Under the pieces are notes generated by a model that saw only the letters and a program-made list of their open reading frames with translations, ran no database searches and had not been told where the DNA came from. Both the position numbers and the translations under genes were made by a program. This document shows, piece by piece, positions 1 to 9,263 of a stretch of 64,000 nt of DNA. Origin of the DNA: an uncultured Dehalococcoidia bacterium (GTDB lineage Bacteria > Chloroflexota > Dehalococcoidia > Lucifugimonadales > UBA1127); assembly GCA_913049785.1 (NCBI GenBank), contig CAJWXP010000002.1, positions 24,368 to 88,367 on the forward strand, in the 5' to 3' direction. Position 1 is the first letter of the stretch; the number at the start of each line of letters is the position of its first letter.

Positions 1-2088
1 GACATTGAGAGCATCCTCGGCGCGATGAGGGACACCAGGGGAGACGTTAGGGGCCCATCCGTGACGTCTTTGGAGCCTGCGATGTTCGGCAAAGACCCAG
101 CAAGACGCACCCTGTTGGAGCACTTCCATGTGAACACGCTGGAGGCCTTTGGCTGCGAGGAACTTCCCCTTGCAAGCCAGGCTGCAGGGGGCTTGCTGGC
201 CTACCTTCAGGAAACCCAAAAGGGCGCAATATCTCAGCTGACGTCACTCCACACTTATGCCCCTGAACGATACATGACTTTGGACCCCCAGACCCGTCGG
301 AACCTGGAGCTGTTCAACGCTGGACGGTTCGGTGGCGGCACCGCGCTCCTGGACATACTTGACCACACACGTACACCCATGGGAGGCAGGCTGCTGCGTC
401 GATGGCTGGGCCAACCGTTGCTTGATAGAGCGGAGTTGGAGCGTCGACTCGATGTAGTGGATTGGTTCCACTCAAGCAGCATCAGGCGTGAGGACGTGTC
501 CAAACTTCTGGGGAGCATCAGCGACCTTGAACGGCTTGTGAACCGCGTGCATTCCGGTGTGGCATTGCCCCGTGAGTTGGTGGCATTACGTCACAGCCTT
601 GAAGCCGTACCTGAATTGCTGCGTCTCCTATCTGACGGCAACGATGTGACACAATGGATTTGTGACATACTCCACCCCTGCGATGACGTAGTGACAGTGA
701 TCGCTCATGCCATAGCTGATGAAGCTGGCACCGTAGGGAGTCAGACCGGTGTCATACGGGCTGGATTCTCAACGGAGTTGGACGGCCTCCGTGTGGCGTC
801 ACGTGACGCTAAAGAGTACGTCGCAAGCCTTGAACGGCAGGAACGAGAGCGGTCTGGCATTGGCACATTGAAGGTGGGTTTCAACAAGGTCTTCGGGTAC
901 TTCCTTGAGGTGTCCAACGCTCACCTTGATAAGGTCCCGGAGGAGTACATCCGGCGGCAGACGTTGGTAAATGCAGAGCGGTTCATCACCCCTGAACTGA
1001 AGGAATATGAGGCGCTGATCCTCAACGCCGATGAGCGGTTGATCGAGCTGGAAAACGCCCTCTTCCGGCAGGTGTGTCGACAGGTCAGCGATGAGGCTGG
1101 GCGCATCCTGGGAACCGCCGCCGCGCTGGCGCAGGTAGACTTCTTCTGCAGCCTGGCGGACATCGCTTCACGACAGGGCTATGTGCGGCCGACGCTTACC
1201 GACGACGGCGCAATGAAGGTCGTTGGCGGTCGACATCCGGTGGTTGAACGCGTGATTCCCTCCGGCACCTTTGTTCCCAACGATATCACCCTGGGCGGCG
1301 ATGGCGCATCGTTGATGATGCTGACAGGGCCGAACATGGCGGGTAAGTCGACGTACATCCGCCAGGTTGCCCTCATTACGCTCATGGCGCAGATTGGCAG
1401 TTTTGTCCCCGCGGAATCCGCTCGATTGGGTCTTGTCGACCGCATCTTCACACGCGTCGGGTTGCAAGACGACCTCGCTACAGGGCAGTCCACGTTCATG
1501 GTGGAGATGGTTGAGACCGCCGCCATCCTGCATCACGCATCGCCAAAATCGTTGGTGATACTGGACGAGATCGGTCGAGGCACCAGCACGTACGACGGCC
1601 TGGCCATCGCAAGAGCAGTAGCGGAGTACCTGCATAGCCACCCGCGACTGGGCTGCAAGACGCTGTTCGCCACCCACTACCATGAGCTGACGGCCCTGGC
1701 TGACTACCTACCAAAGGCGGTCAACTACAACGTGTCTGTGGTTGAAGAAGGCGGGCATGTGACCTTCTTACATCGCATCGTGCCTGGCGGTGCCGATAAG
1801 AGTTACGGCGTGCACGTGGGGCGACTGGCCGGCCTGCCGCAGCCCGTGGTCAAGCGTGCGTGGGAGTTGCTGGACGACTTGGAGGCCGGCGCCGAACCTG
1901 TTGGGAAGTCAGGGGCATCTCAATCAGCAGATGTGCCGCAACTCTCGCTCTGGCCTTCAGCGGATAGCGCGCTCAAAGATGATTTGAACATGCTGGATAT
2001 CACGGACATGACGCCGCTGGAAGCCCTGAACAAGTTGTATGAACTCCAGCAGCAAGCTCGAAACCATGAAGATACTAAAGGGGACTAA
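1..2088 (+). CDS. mutS: DNA mismatch repair protein MutS (N-terminus lies outside the window)
   Basis: The frame is open from nt 1. It carries the Walker A motif GPNMAGKST and the MutS motifs STFMVEMVE and DEIGRGTSTYDG, plus a C-terminal tail. Confidence 0.95.
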   Translation, partial: DIESILGAMRDTRGDVRGPSVTSLEPAMFGKDPARRTLLEHFHVNTLEAFGCEELPLASQAAGGLLAYLQETQKGAISQLTSLHTYAPERYMTLDPQTRRNLELFNAGRFGGGTALLDILDHTRTPMGGRLLRRWLGQPLLDRAELERRLDVVDWFHSSSIRREDVSKLLGSISDLERLVNRVHSGVALPRELVALRHSLEAVPELLRLLSDGNDVTQWICDILHPCDDVVTVIAHAIADEAGTVGSQTGVIRAGFSTELDGLRVASRDAKEYVASLERQERERSGIGTLKVGFNKVFGYFLEVSNAHLDKVPEEYIRRQTLVNAERFITPELKEYEALILNADERLIELENALFRQVCRQVSDEAGRILGTAAALAQVDFFCSLADIASRQGYVRPTLTDDGAMKVVGGRHPVVERVIPSGTFVPNDITLGGDGASLMMLTGPNMAGKSTYIRQVALITLMAQIGSFVPAESARLGLVDRIFTRVGLQDDLATGQSTFMVEMVETAAILHHASPKSLVILDEIGRGTSTYDGLAIARAVAEYLHSHPRLGCKTLFATHYHELTALADYLPKAVNYNVSVVEEGGHVTFLHRIVPGGADKSYGVHVGRLAGLPQPVVKRAWELLDDLEAGAEPVGKSGASQSADVPQLSLWPSADSALKDDLNMLDITDMTPLEALNKLYELQQQARNHEDTKGD

Positions 2089-2125
2089 AGTACCGACCTG
2101 TTTGGTACCCACAGATTAGTGGGTT
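2079..2125 (+). repeat. GGGGACTAAAG-motif repeat copy overlapping the mutS stop, followed by a hairpin and a CCCACAGATTA tail
   Basis: The sequence aggggactaaag is followed by taccgacctgtttggta (5-bp stem) and cccacagatta. The same 11-mer recurs at 40109, in variant form at about 40179 and about 40206, and on the minus strand at 60899-60909. Confidence 0.5.
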
Positions 2126-2126
2126 T

Positions 2127-2151
2127 AGGGCCTTGCCCTGTTGATATAATC
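2127..2151 (+). repeat. Degenerate family-A repeat copy (hairpin agggc-ctt-gccct plus gttgatataatc)
   Basis: It resembles 14321-14350 (ccagggctgtgccctgg acccatataacc). The tail is diverged. Confidence 0.35.
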
Positions 2152-2179
2152 TGGTTGCCCAAATTACCGGAGGTGTGCC

Positions 2180-3175
2180 ATGGCGACCCAACGTACCCGT
2201 CAGCCCATAGAACGAAACATTGCAATGGAGCTTGTCCGAGTGACGGAGGCGGCAGCAATGTCGGCTGTCCGGCATATGGGAATGGGTGACAAAGAGCTGG
2301 TGGATCAGGCCGCCGTGGACGCCATGCGCTACAGCCTGGGGTTCGTGTCCATGGACGGTATCGTGGTCATCGGCGAGGGGGAGAAGGACGAAGCGCCTAT
2401 GCTCTTCAATGGTGAGCGCATCGGCAACGGTGAACCGCCTGAGGTGGACATCGCTGTAGACCCTATCGACGGCACAACGCTGCTGTCCAAGGGCCTGCCG
2501 GGCTCTGTGGCTGTCGTCGCGCTGTCCGCTCGAGGCACCATGAACGTTCCCGGCAACGTCTTCTACATGGACAAGATCGCTGTGGGGCCCGATTCGGTGG
2601 GGGCCATCGATATCAATGCGAGCGTGGCCGACAACCTCGCCAACGTCGCGAAAGCCAAGGGCAAGAAGGTGGAGAACCTCACCGTAGTTGTGCTGGATCG
2701 GCCTAGGCACAAGGAGATCATGGACGACATCAGGGCGGCGGGTGCACGCATCAAGCTCATTACAGACGGCGACATTATAGGCGGCATCCAGGCGGCGCTG
2801 CCTGGGCAGGGCGTGGATTTGCTAATGGGCATCGGTGGTTCACCCGAGGCTGTGCTGACTGCTGCGGCCATCCGGTGCATCGGCGGGGAGATCCTGTGCA
2901 AAGCGTGGCCTCGCGACGACGATGAACGCAAGCAGGCCCTTGCCGATGGCGTCGATCTGGACAAGATTTACGATACCCGCGAGCTGGTGGGCGGCGAGGA
3001 CGTCTTCTTCTCAGCCACTGGAGCCAGTACGGGCGACTTCCTCAAAGGCGTGACCTTCGTGGACGGCGGGGCAGAAACGCAGTCGCTGGTCATGCGATCC
3101 CGCAGCGGCACCGTCAGGTGGATAGACTCCATCCACGACTTCTCACGATTGGACAAGATCCGCTTCAAGGACTAG
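2180..3175 (+). CDS. glpX: Fructose-1,6-bisphosphatase class II (GlpX type)
   Basis: 331 aa. The GlpX-like N-terminus reads ELVRVTEAAA..GDKELVDQAAVDAM and the DPIDGT motif is present. A GGAGG Shine-Dalgarno (SD) sequence lies about 6 nt upstream of the ATG. Confidence 0.9.
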   Translation: MATQRTRQPIERNIAMELVRVTEAAAMSAVRHMGMGDKELVDQAAVDAMRYSLGFVSMDGIVVIGEGEKDEAPMLFNGERIGNGEPPEVDIAVDPIDGTTLLSKGLPGSVAVVALSARGTMNVPGNVFYMDKIAVGPDSVGAIDINASVADNLANVAKAKGKKVENLTVVVLDRPRHKEIMDDIRAAGARIKLITDGDIIGGIQAALPGQGVDLLMGIGGSPEAVLTAAAIRCIGGEILCKAWPRDDDERKQALADGVDLDKIYDTRELVGGEDVFFSATGASTGDFLKGVTFVDGGAETQSLVMRSRSGTVRWIDSIHDFSRLDKIRFKD

Positions 3176-3230
3176 TCCCGATTTATCGTGAGACCCAAGT
3201 TTCCTGACGGTGGGCAGAAAAAGTGATAAT

Positions 3231-3263
3231 AGAAAGAGGGCCACTTAAAGCGGCCCTCTTTCT
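3231..3263. terminator. Bidirectional intrinsic terminator between the convergent genes glpX and fba
   Basis: A perfect 12-bp stem (agaaagagggcc / ggccctctttct) with a 9-nt loop, flanked by A/T runs on both sides. Confidence 0.8.
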
Positions 3264-3309
3264 ATTTATTCAACTTACTTTGGTAACCGTCAGGCATGTG
3301 GGTCCAGGG

Positions 3310-4347
3310 TTACACTCTGGCAGACTGCTTCTCCATGTCGGGTGAGTACTTGCCCTGTTGGGCCGCGCTGGTCAGCGATGCTCGGTGGTGGAAGGCTGCC
3401 TGGGCTGCCGGGACGTTCTCTACCTTGCCTAACCATGCCTTCAGCGGTGCCGCCTGGAGGCCTCGACCAAACGAGTAGCTGATCGTCCACGGTGCGCCGA
3501 CTCTGGACGCTTCAACGTTGATGGCGTTCAGGTTGGCTGTCGCCTCGTCGTCGCCCTGACCCCCGGAGAGGAACACGATGCCCGGCATCGCTGCGGGGAT
3601 GGTGCGCTTGAAGCAGTCCACCGTCATCGCACCAACCGTCTCGGCGCTCGCTCTGTTAGAGGCTGAGGATGCGGAGACCACCATGTTGGGCTTCAGCAAC
3701 ATCCCCTCCAGTGCGACGCCCTGCCGTTCAAGCTGGGCAAACACCTCGAGCAATGTCGCCTTCGTCGCCGCGTAGCACGTCTCGATGCTGTGGCCACCTT
3801 CCATGAACACCTCTGGCTCTACGATGGGCACAAGCCCGGCCTGTTGGCAGAGGGCTGCGTATCGCGCGAGGGCGTGAGCGTTCACTTCGATGCAATTGGC
3901 TGAGGGGGTACCTTCACTGACGTTGAAGAGAGCACGCCACTTGGCGAAACCTGCGCCTAGCGACACGTACTCATCGAGTCGCGCTGCCAGGCCGTCCAGA
4001 CCCTCCGTGACCAGCTCGTTCGGCGAGCCCGCCAGGGGCTGGGTGCCCTTGTCCACCTTGATGCCAGGAATGATGGCACGGTCAGAGAGCACCTTCACCA
4101 TGGGGGTGCCGTCAGCAGCATCTTGTCGGATCGTCTCGTCGTAAAGGATCACGCCGCTGATGAAGGCGTCCACGCCATCGGTGCGGAAGAGCATCTCGCG
4201 ATAGTCGCGTCGCTTGTCGTCCGTGCTCTCCGTATTGATGGAGTCAAACCGTCGTTTAATGGTGCCGGAACTCTCGTCCGCAGCAAGGATGCCCTTCCCC
4301 GGCGTCACCAGGGCCTGTGCGGTGCTGGCCAGCTTTGCGATGTCCAT
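3310..4347 (-). CDS. fba: Fructose-bisphosphate aldolase class I
   Basis: The class I motif TPGKGILAADESSGTIKRR is present. I trimmed the listed ORF (3310..4476) to the ATG at 4347, which has a GGAAGGAGA SD. The upstream part of the ORF contains a repeat element. Confidence 0.88.
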   Translation of the reverse strand: MDIAKLASTAQALVTPGKGILAADESSGTIKRRFDSINTESTDDKRRDYREMLFRTDGVDAFISGVILYDETIRQDAADGTPMVKVLSDRAIIPGIKVDKGTQPLAGSPNELVTEGLDGLAARLDEYVSLGAGFAKWRALFNVSEGTPSANCIEVNAHALARYAALCQQAGLVPIVEPEVFMEGGHSIETCYAATKATLLEVFAQLERQGVALEGMLLKPNMVVSASSASNRASAETVGAMTVDCFKRTIPAAMPGIVFLSGGQGDDEATANLNAINVEASRVGAPWTISYSFGRGLQAAPLKAWLGKVENVPAAQAAFHHRASLTSAAQQGKYSPDMEKQSARV

Positions 4348-4438
4348 ATCCAGTCTCCTTCCACGTTCCATGAAGTTACGTAGATGCCGTGTCAAAAATG
4401 CACCTGCATGATACCCCAGCAGGCCTCGTCCTGCCATA

Positions 4439-4480
4439 CAAGGGCGAGCCCTTGACCCAGGCTCCCTGGCGGTCACCTAT
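4439..4480 (+). repeat. Family-A repeat copy (hairpin plus ACCCAGGCTC..CTGGCGGTCA tail)
   Basis: The sequence caagggcgagcccttg acccaggctccctggcggtcacctat is a near-duplicate of 5708-5750. Confidence 0.8.
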
Positions 4481-4612
4481 GAGAGGGAACTTACTACACG
4501 CCTTCCCCAGTCTGGACTCCCCTCAGGAACGTTGAAACTGCATCCAGAAAAGACAAGGACTTTGAGAAAGTGCTGAGGGTATAATGCCAGTGCCCGATGA
4601 ATAGGAGCGCAG

Positions 4613-5707
4613 ATGAAGATCGTCAATGTGACCGCAACATCGCACCAGGTCCCCACGTCCCTGCCCCACATCGATGCGCCGCAGCGACCGATGGGCGTGG
4701 TTGTGGTGCGCGTGGAGACGGATGCTGGGATAACGGGCTTCGGCATGGCGCCGGGGAACCGTTTGCGAGGTCCCATCAAGGAACTCATCAACACCGACCT
4801 TGCGGAGCAGCTCAAAGACCAGGACCCTCTGGACACGGAGCGGTTGTGGAAGCAGCTCTTCGCAGGGTTCAGTCGGTTTGGCGCCGCGGGCCTGGTGAGC
4901 ACCAGTCTTAGCGCCGTCGACATTGCAATGTGGGACATCAAGGGCAAAGCATTCGGGCACCCCGTCCATCGGTTGCTGGGCGGCGCTAGTGATTCCGCTC
5001 CGGCCTACGCCACCTTCGGGTTCTTCGACTACGACCGAGAGGGTCTGGCAGCAATGGCCATGGAGCTTGTCGGTCAGGGGTTCGATGCGATGAAGATGGT
5101 GGTGGGCTCGGGTAACGCTCTTGACCTCGATGAGGATGTGCGCCGCATCGCGGGAGTGCGCGAGGCCGTCGGGCCCAGCGTTCGATTGATGATCGATGCG
5201 AACTTGCTGTTCGATTACCAGCGAGCGTTGGCTTTGGCCAAGCGCGTTGAGGAGCTCAACATCACCTGGTTCGAGGAGCCTTTGGTGGCCAACGACGTTA
5301 ATCTCATGCGCGACCTCCGGCATGCTACCTCGATACCCATAGCAGCGGGCCAGTTCGAGGGCACCAAGACACGCCACCGCGAACTCGTTCAGCAGGGCGC
5401 AGTCGACTTCCTTCACGCGAACGTCTTCTACGTCGGCGGGTACACAGAGGCGCTGAAGGTGGCACACCTGGCACAGATCTACAACCTCCCCTACGCCAGC
5501 GCCGGAGGGTGGCCACACCACAACATGCAGCTCATCGCGGGCATCGGTGGTTGGGGCGTCGAGGTGCACATGAGCACGTGGGTGGCTGGCGAGACGATAT
5601 TCAAAGACGCGCCCAAGCCTGAAGGCGGCAAGATCATGATGCCTGATGCCCCAGGGGTCGGACTGACATTCAATGAAGATGCACTGAAAGAATACCTGGA
5701 AGCATAG
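4613..5707 (+). CDS. Mandelate racemase/muconate lactonizing enzyme family protein (enolase superfamily)
   Basis: 364 aa. The N-terminal capping domain reads MKIVNV...VRVETDAGITGFG. The barrel region carries DANL..WFEEP..D residues typical of MR/MLE. An AGGAG SD is present. Confidence 0.85.
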   Translation: MKIVNVTATSHQVPTSLPHIDAPQRPMGVVVVRVETDAGITGFGMAPGNRLRGPIKELINTDLAEQLKDQDPLDTERLWKQLFAGFSRFGAAGLVSTSLSAVDIAMWDIKGKAFGHPVHRLLGGASDSAPAYATFGFFDYDREGLAAMAMELVGQGFDAMKMVVGSGNALDLDEDVRRIAGVREAVGPSVRLMIDANLLFDYQRALALAKRVEELNITWFEEPLVANDVNLMRDLRHATSIPIAAGQFEGTKTRHRELVQQGAVDFLHANVFYVGGYTEALKVAHLAQIYNLPYASAGGWPHHNMQLIAGIGGWGVEVHMSTWVAGETIFKDAPKPEGGKIMMPDAPGVGLTFNEDALKEYLEA

Positions 5708-5750
5708 CCAGGGCTAGCCCTGGACCCAGGCTCACTGACGGTCAACTTAT
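5708..5750 (+). repeat. Family-A repeat copy, starting immediately after the stop codon
   Basis: The sequence reads ccagggctagccctgg acccaggctcactgacggtcaacttat. Confidence 0.8.
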
Positions 5751-5821
5751 ATTCAGCTTTTTGAAGGATAAACGAATCTACAGCTCACGTAAGCCCGAGT
5801 ACCAGATGAACGGAGACGGAA

Positions 5822-6361
5822 ATGACGACAGCTACACGGCAAACCAAGAACAAGATGCTCTACCAAGCGCGATATGAAAGCCCGTTGGGCACCTATATCC
5901 TGGTCAGCACTGACATTGGGTTGGCCTGCGTGAAGCCTGAGGACCAGGGTTTTCCGGACCTTGGACGTTGGGTGCAAGAGGCCGGGGAGTTTGAAGAGGG
6001 TGGCGTCCACAATGCTGAGACCGCACGACAGTTAGATGCCTACTTCGCAGGCGAGCTCAAGGACTTCGATGTGCCGCTGGACATGCAAGGGACGGACTTC
6101 CAGCAAATGGTGTGGAAACAGCTAACGGCCATACCCTACGGTGAAACTTGGTCATACGGAGAAATGGCGGCGGCTATCGGCAAGCCCAGCGCCAGCCGTG
6201 CGGTGGGCCACGCCAATGGACGCAATCCCGTCTCCATCATCGTGCCGTGCCACAGAGTCATCGGGTCAAGCGGCAAGCTGGTGGGGTATGGCGGCGGCCT
6301 GGATCGGAAGCAGGCGTTGTTGGCGTTGGAGTCCCCGGGGCAGCAGCAACACCTTCTCTAG
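5822..6361 (+). CDS. ogt: Methylated-DNA--protein-cysteine methyltransferase
   Basis: The active-site motif IIVPCHRVIGSSG and the helix region SYGEMAA..GKPSASRAVG are present. Confidence 0.9.
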   Translation: MTTATRQTKNKMLYQARYESPLGTYILVSTDIGLACVKPEDQGFPDLGRWVQEAGEFEEGGVHNAETARQLDAYFAGELKDFDVPLDMQGTDFQQMVWKQLTAIPYGETWSYGEMAAAIGKPSASRAVGHANGRNPVSIIVPCHRVIGSSGKLVGYGGGLDRKQALLALESPGQQQHLL

Positions 6362-7320
6362 CTGGGCAACCGTGCCCCAAGGAAGTCGGCATGGCCTCGA
6401 AGGAAGGCATTGCCATCACTGGCCTTACGCCCTTCAAGCTGTACCTCGACGATTCCCAGTATCCCGTTGCTCGTCGCAACGCCAAGAGATGCAGCTTCAC
6501 CGGAATTCAGCGCAACAACGGTTCCCGCCGATACGTCCTCAGCGTTTTCGTGGTCTGCCGTGTTCAACGACATTGGCACCGCTTTGAGGACTTTGAGCGT
6601 CTTGCCGTTCCAACGGGTAAAGGCTCCCGGCCAGGGGTGGAGAGCCCGGACTTGGTCACTTAGTTGCTTCCCCGGGCGCGTAAAATCCAACTCCCCGTCC
6701 GACTTCTCAAGGCGTCGACTGTGCGTCGCCAGGCTATCGTCCTGCGGTTTCCCTGTCAGCTCGCCTGAATCCCATGCGGGCAGCGTGCGGGCCAGCAACT
6801 CCGCCCCTCGTTCAAACATGCGTACCATCAGCGACTCCGACGTATCGTCGTCCAGCACCGGGTACTCTGCCTGCGCCACGATCGGTCCTGTGTCCATACC
6901 TTCGTCCAGCAGCATGATCGTCACACCGGTTACGGTATCGCCCTGCAGGAGCGCCTCCGCCACTGGGGACGAACCACGATACTTCGGGAGCAGCGACGGG
7001 TGGACGTTCAGGCACCCTTTCACCGGCACTGCCAGGATATCCGGCGGCAGGATGCGCCCGTAGGATGCGACCACCATCACGTCGGGCTTCAGCGCTGCGA
7101 ACTCCGCTGCCACTTCCGGTGGTCGGAGCGACGTTGGTTGCAGCACTGGAACGCCGTGTTCGCGTGCCCAGACCGCTGTGGGAGGCGATTCCACGCTGCG
7201 CCCTCGCCCCGCAGGTTTATCGGCTCGCGTGACCACCGCCAGCAGTTCATGACCGGCCTCAAAAAGGCTTGACAAAACGGTCACAGAGTACCCCGGCGTG
7301 CCCAGGAAAATTATGCGCAT
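6358..7320 (-). CDS. fmt: Methionyl-tRNA formyltransferase
   Basis: The N-terminus MRIIFLGTPGYSV and the motifs CLNVHPSLLPKYRG and SSP are present. The start was moved to the ATG at 7320, 11 codons inside the listed ORF. There is a 4-nt convergent overlap with ogt. Confidence 0.9.
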   Translation of the reverse strand: MRIIFLGTPGYSVTVLSSLFEAGHELLAVVTRADKPAGRGRSVESPPTAVWAREHGVPVLQPTSLRPPEVAAEFAALKPDVMVVASYGRILPPDILAVPVKGCLNVHPSLLPKYRGSSPVAEALLQGDTVTGVTIMLLDEGMDTGPIVAQAEYPVLDDDTSESLMVRMFERGAELLARTLPAWDSGELTGKPQDDSLATHSRRLEKSDGELDFTRPGKQLSDQVRALHPWPGAFTRWNGKTLKVLKAVPMSLNTADHENAEDVSAGTVVALNSGEAASLGVATSNGILGIVEVQLEGRKASDGNAFLRGHADFLGARLPS

Positions 7321-7353
7321 GGCACCATCCACGGAAAAACATTTCCAGCCCAT

Positions 7354-7729
7354 AACGGTGGGCTAAACGGCGATGAATTGGATGAAGGAGAACAAATTCC
7401 ACTAGAGGCCATATAGTCAGGAATATGCCTATTAAACAGATGTATAGATATAAAAAAATTCATTTTATCATCGATAAATGAGAAAGCGTATGTGGTAAAT
7501 CGTGATTATAAGACAAGAAAAAATGTTCCATTTGGGATTAGAACACTCTCACTCCTATGATAAGAACACCAAAACCCGAGCGATATTGATGGAAATCGAC
7601 GAATATTTCTCTTGCGCCATGTTCCGGCCCCTGATAGTTTTCTCTTGGCCCCTGGAGCCCCCTCCCATTTGTGGCGAATGGTTGGGATGACCAGAGCTTA
7701 ACACCATCACTACTGGGAGGGCGATTTCC
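7354..7729. promoter_or_regulatory. Candidate oriC / dnaA promoter region
   Basis: A 370-bp non-coding stretch lies directly upstream of dnaA. Its core (7441-7500) is about 23% G+C by hand count: tatagatataaaaaaattcattttatcatcgataaatg. Only degenerate DnaA-box-like 9-mers are present (tgtggtaaa at 7491, tgtggcgaa at 7670). Confidence 0.45.
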
Positions 7730-9100
7730 GTGAGTGACCTACATCCTCGACAGCTCTGGGAAGCAGCCCTGGGCGACCTCCAGGTTCAAGTTGCCAGGCC
7801 TAGTTATGATACCTTCCTGCAGAACACCATTGGTGTTGCTCTGGAGGACGATTGCCTCGTCATCGATGCCAACAGCTCCTTCGCAGCGGAGTACCTAGAG
7901 AAGCGACTGCGTGGCGTTGTCCAGACGGCGGTCGAGCGTGTTGCCCACTCCCCATTGGACGTACGCTTTCAAGTGGCGCAGAGCTCAGCACTTGCTACGA
8001 CTCCCGAAGTCATCGAGGCTCAACCGCAGACCATCGTTTCAGACCCTCCCATCCGACATCGCGTTGCCGGCGAAACCCCGACACTGCCGTTGGATCCGCG
8101 TTACGTCTTTAGCCAGTTTACGGTGGGGCGTTCCAATGAACTCGCGATGGCAGCAGCCACCGCGGCGGCGGAGCGACCTGGGGAGAAGTACAACCCGGTC
8201 TTCCTCTACTCACCATCAGGCCTTGGCAAGACCCATTTGCTCCATGCAATCGGGCATCACATACGAGCGCGCGGCCTGACAGCCTTGTATGTCAGCAGCG
8301 ATCAGTTCATCACAGAGTTCGTCCGCTCCATTCGGGAAGGACGCGCGTCAGAGTTCCGGGAGAAGTACCGCAGCCCGGATGTCCTGCTGATGGACGATAT
8401 CCAGTTTTTGAGCGGCAAAGAGCAGACACAGGAAGGGTTGTTCCACATCTTCAACGAACTACACCACTCCGGCAGGCAGGTGGTCATCGCGAGTGATAGG
8501 TCGCCATCGGCTCTGAGTCCGCTGGACGATCGACTTCGATCTCGCTTCGAGTGGGGGCTTATTGCAGACATCCAGCCGCCGGATTTGGAGACTCGACTGG
8601 CGATCCTGCGTGCCAAGGCCTCGGCTCTGGACACCAGCGTGCCTCAGGACGTGCTGGAGTTTTTGGGCCAGAGGAAATGCCGGAGCATCAGAGAGTTAGA
8701 AGGTTACCTCAACCGGGTAGCCGCGTACGCAGACCTGACGGGCAAGCCGGTGACTATGGAGTTGGGCGAACAGGCGCTAGGTGGCTTGCAGGGCGCTCCG
8801 GAGGCTGCCCCCAGAACCACGGAGTCCGTGCTGGAGACCGTGGCCACCTACTATCGGACGACCCCTGCGGCGGTGAAGGGCCCCAAGCGGGAACGCTCCA
8901 TCGCCCGAGCTCGACACACCGCAATGTATCTGATGCGTGAAGACATGGGCCTCTCTCTTGTGGAGATCGGCAGGGCCTTTGGAAACCGCGACCACAGCAC
9001 CGTCTTCCAGGCGTGCAGCAAAGTGGCGACGCAGGTAGAGAGCGATACCACGCTTCAGCGTGACATCGAAGCCCTTCGAGAGAAGATCGATCACGGCTAA
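7730..9100 (+). CDS. dnaA: Chromosomal replication initiator protein DnaA
   Basis: GTG start. The AAA+ Walker A GLGKTHLLHAIG, the box VII/sensor region and the C-terminal DNA-binding helix (RARHTAMYL..FGNRDHSTV) are present. Confidence 0.95.
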   Translation: MSDLHPRQLWEAALGDLQVQVARPSYDTFLQNTIGVALEDDCLVIDANSSFAAEYLEKRLRGVVQTAVERVAHSPLDVRFQVAQSSALATTPEVIEAQPQTIVSDPPIRHRVAGETPTLPLDPRYVFSQFTVGRSNELAMAAATAAAERPGEKYNPVFLYSPSGLGKTHLLHAIGHHIRARGLTALYVSSDQFITEFVRSIREGRASEFREKYRSPDVLLMDDIQFLSGKEQTQEGLFHIFNELHHSGRQVVIASDRSPSALSPLDDRLRSRFEWGLIADIQPPDLETRLAILRAKASALDTSVPQDVLEFLGQRKCRSIRELEGYLNRVAAYADLTGKPVTMELGEQALGGLQGAPEAAPRTTESVLETVATYYRTTPAAVKGPKRERSIARARHTAMYLMREDMGLSLVEIGRAFGNRDHSTVFQACSKVATQVESDTTLQRDIEALREKIDHG

Positions 9101-9132
9101 TCCCGACTGGTCGGGAACCCACATAACGTCAC
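9101..9132 (+). repeat. Family-A repeat copy with a different stem sequence
   Basis: The sequence tcccgactggtcggga acccacataacgtcac starts right after the dnaA TAA. It is very similar to 30774-30812. Confidence 0.7.
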
Positions 9133-9263
9133 GGGTATTGTAGAGCGCTAAGCCTTCTCGCTTGCACCCTAGTGACCCCTCAAGTACAGTAATTCTGGCC
9201 CATGCACATGCTATGTGCGCTTGCACGCGGCCAAACCTCGCTACTTACTAACGGAGGACACGA

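Noticed and set aside
4523-5569. Long antisense ORFs overlap well-supported genes. Examples are 4523-5569(-), 22031-22681(-), 24232-24861(-), 26535-27395(-), 34722-35753(-), 14197-15027(+) and 54827-55459(+).
   Set aside because: Each lies opposite or overlapping a gene with clear family motifs. They have Arg/Gly/His-rich, low-information translations typical of shadow ORFs in GC-rich DNA, and none has a convincing SD.
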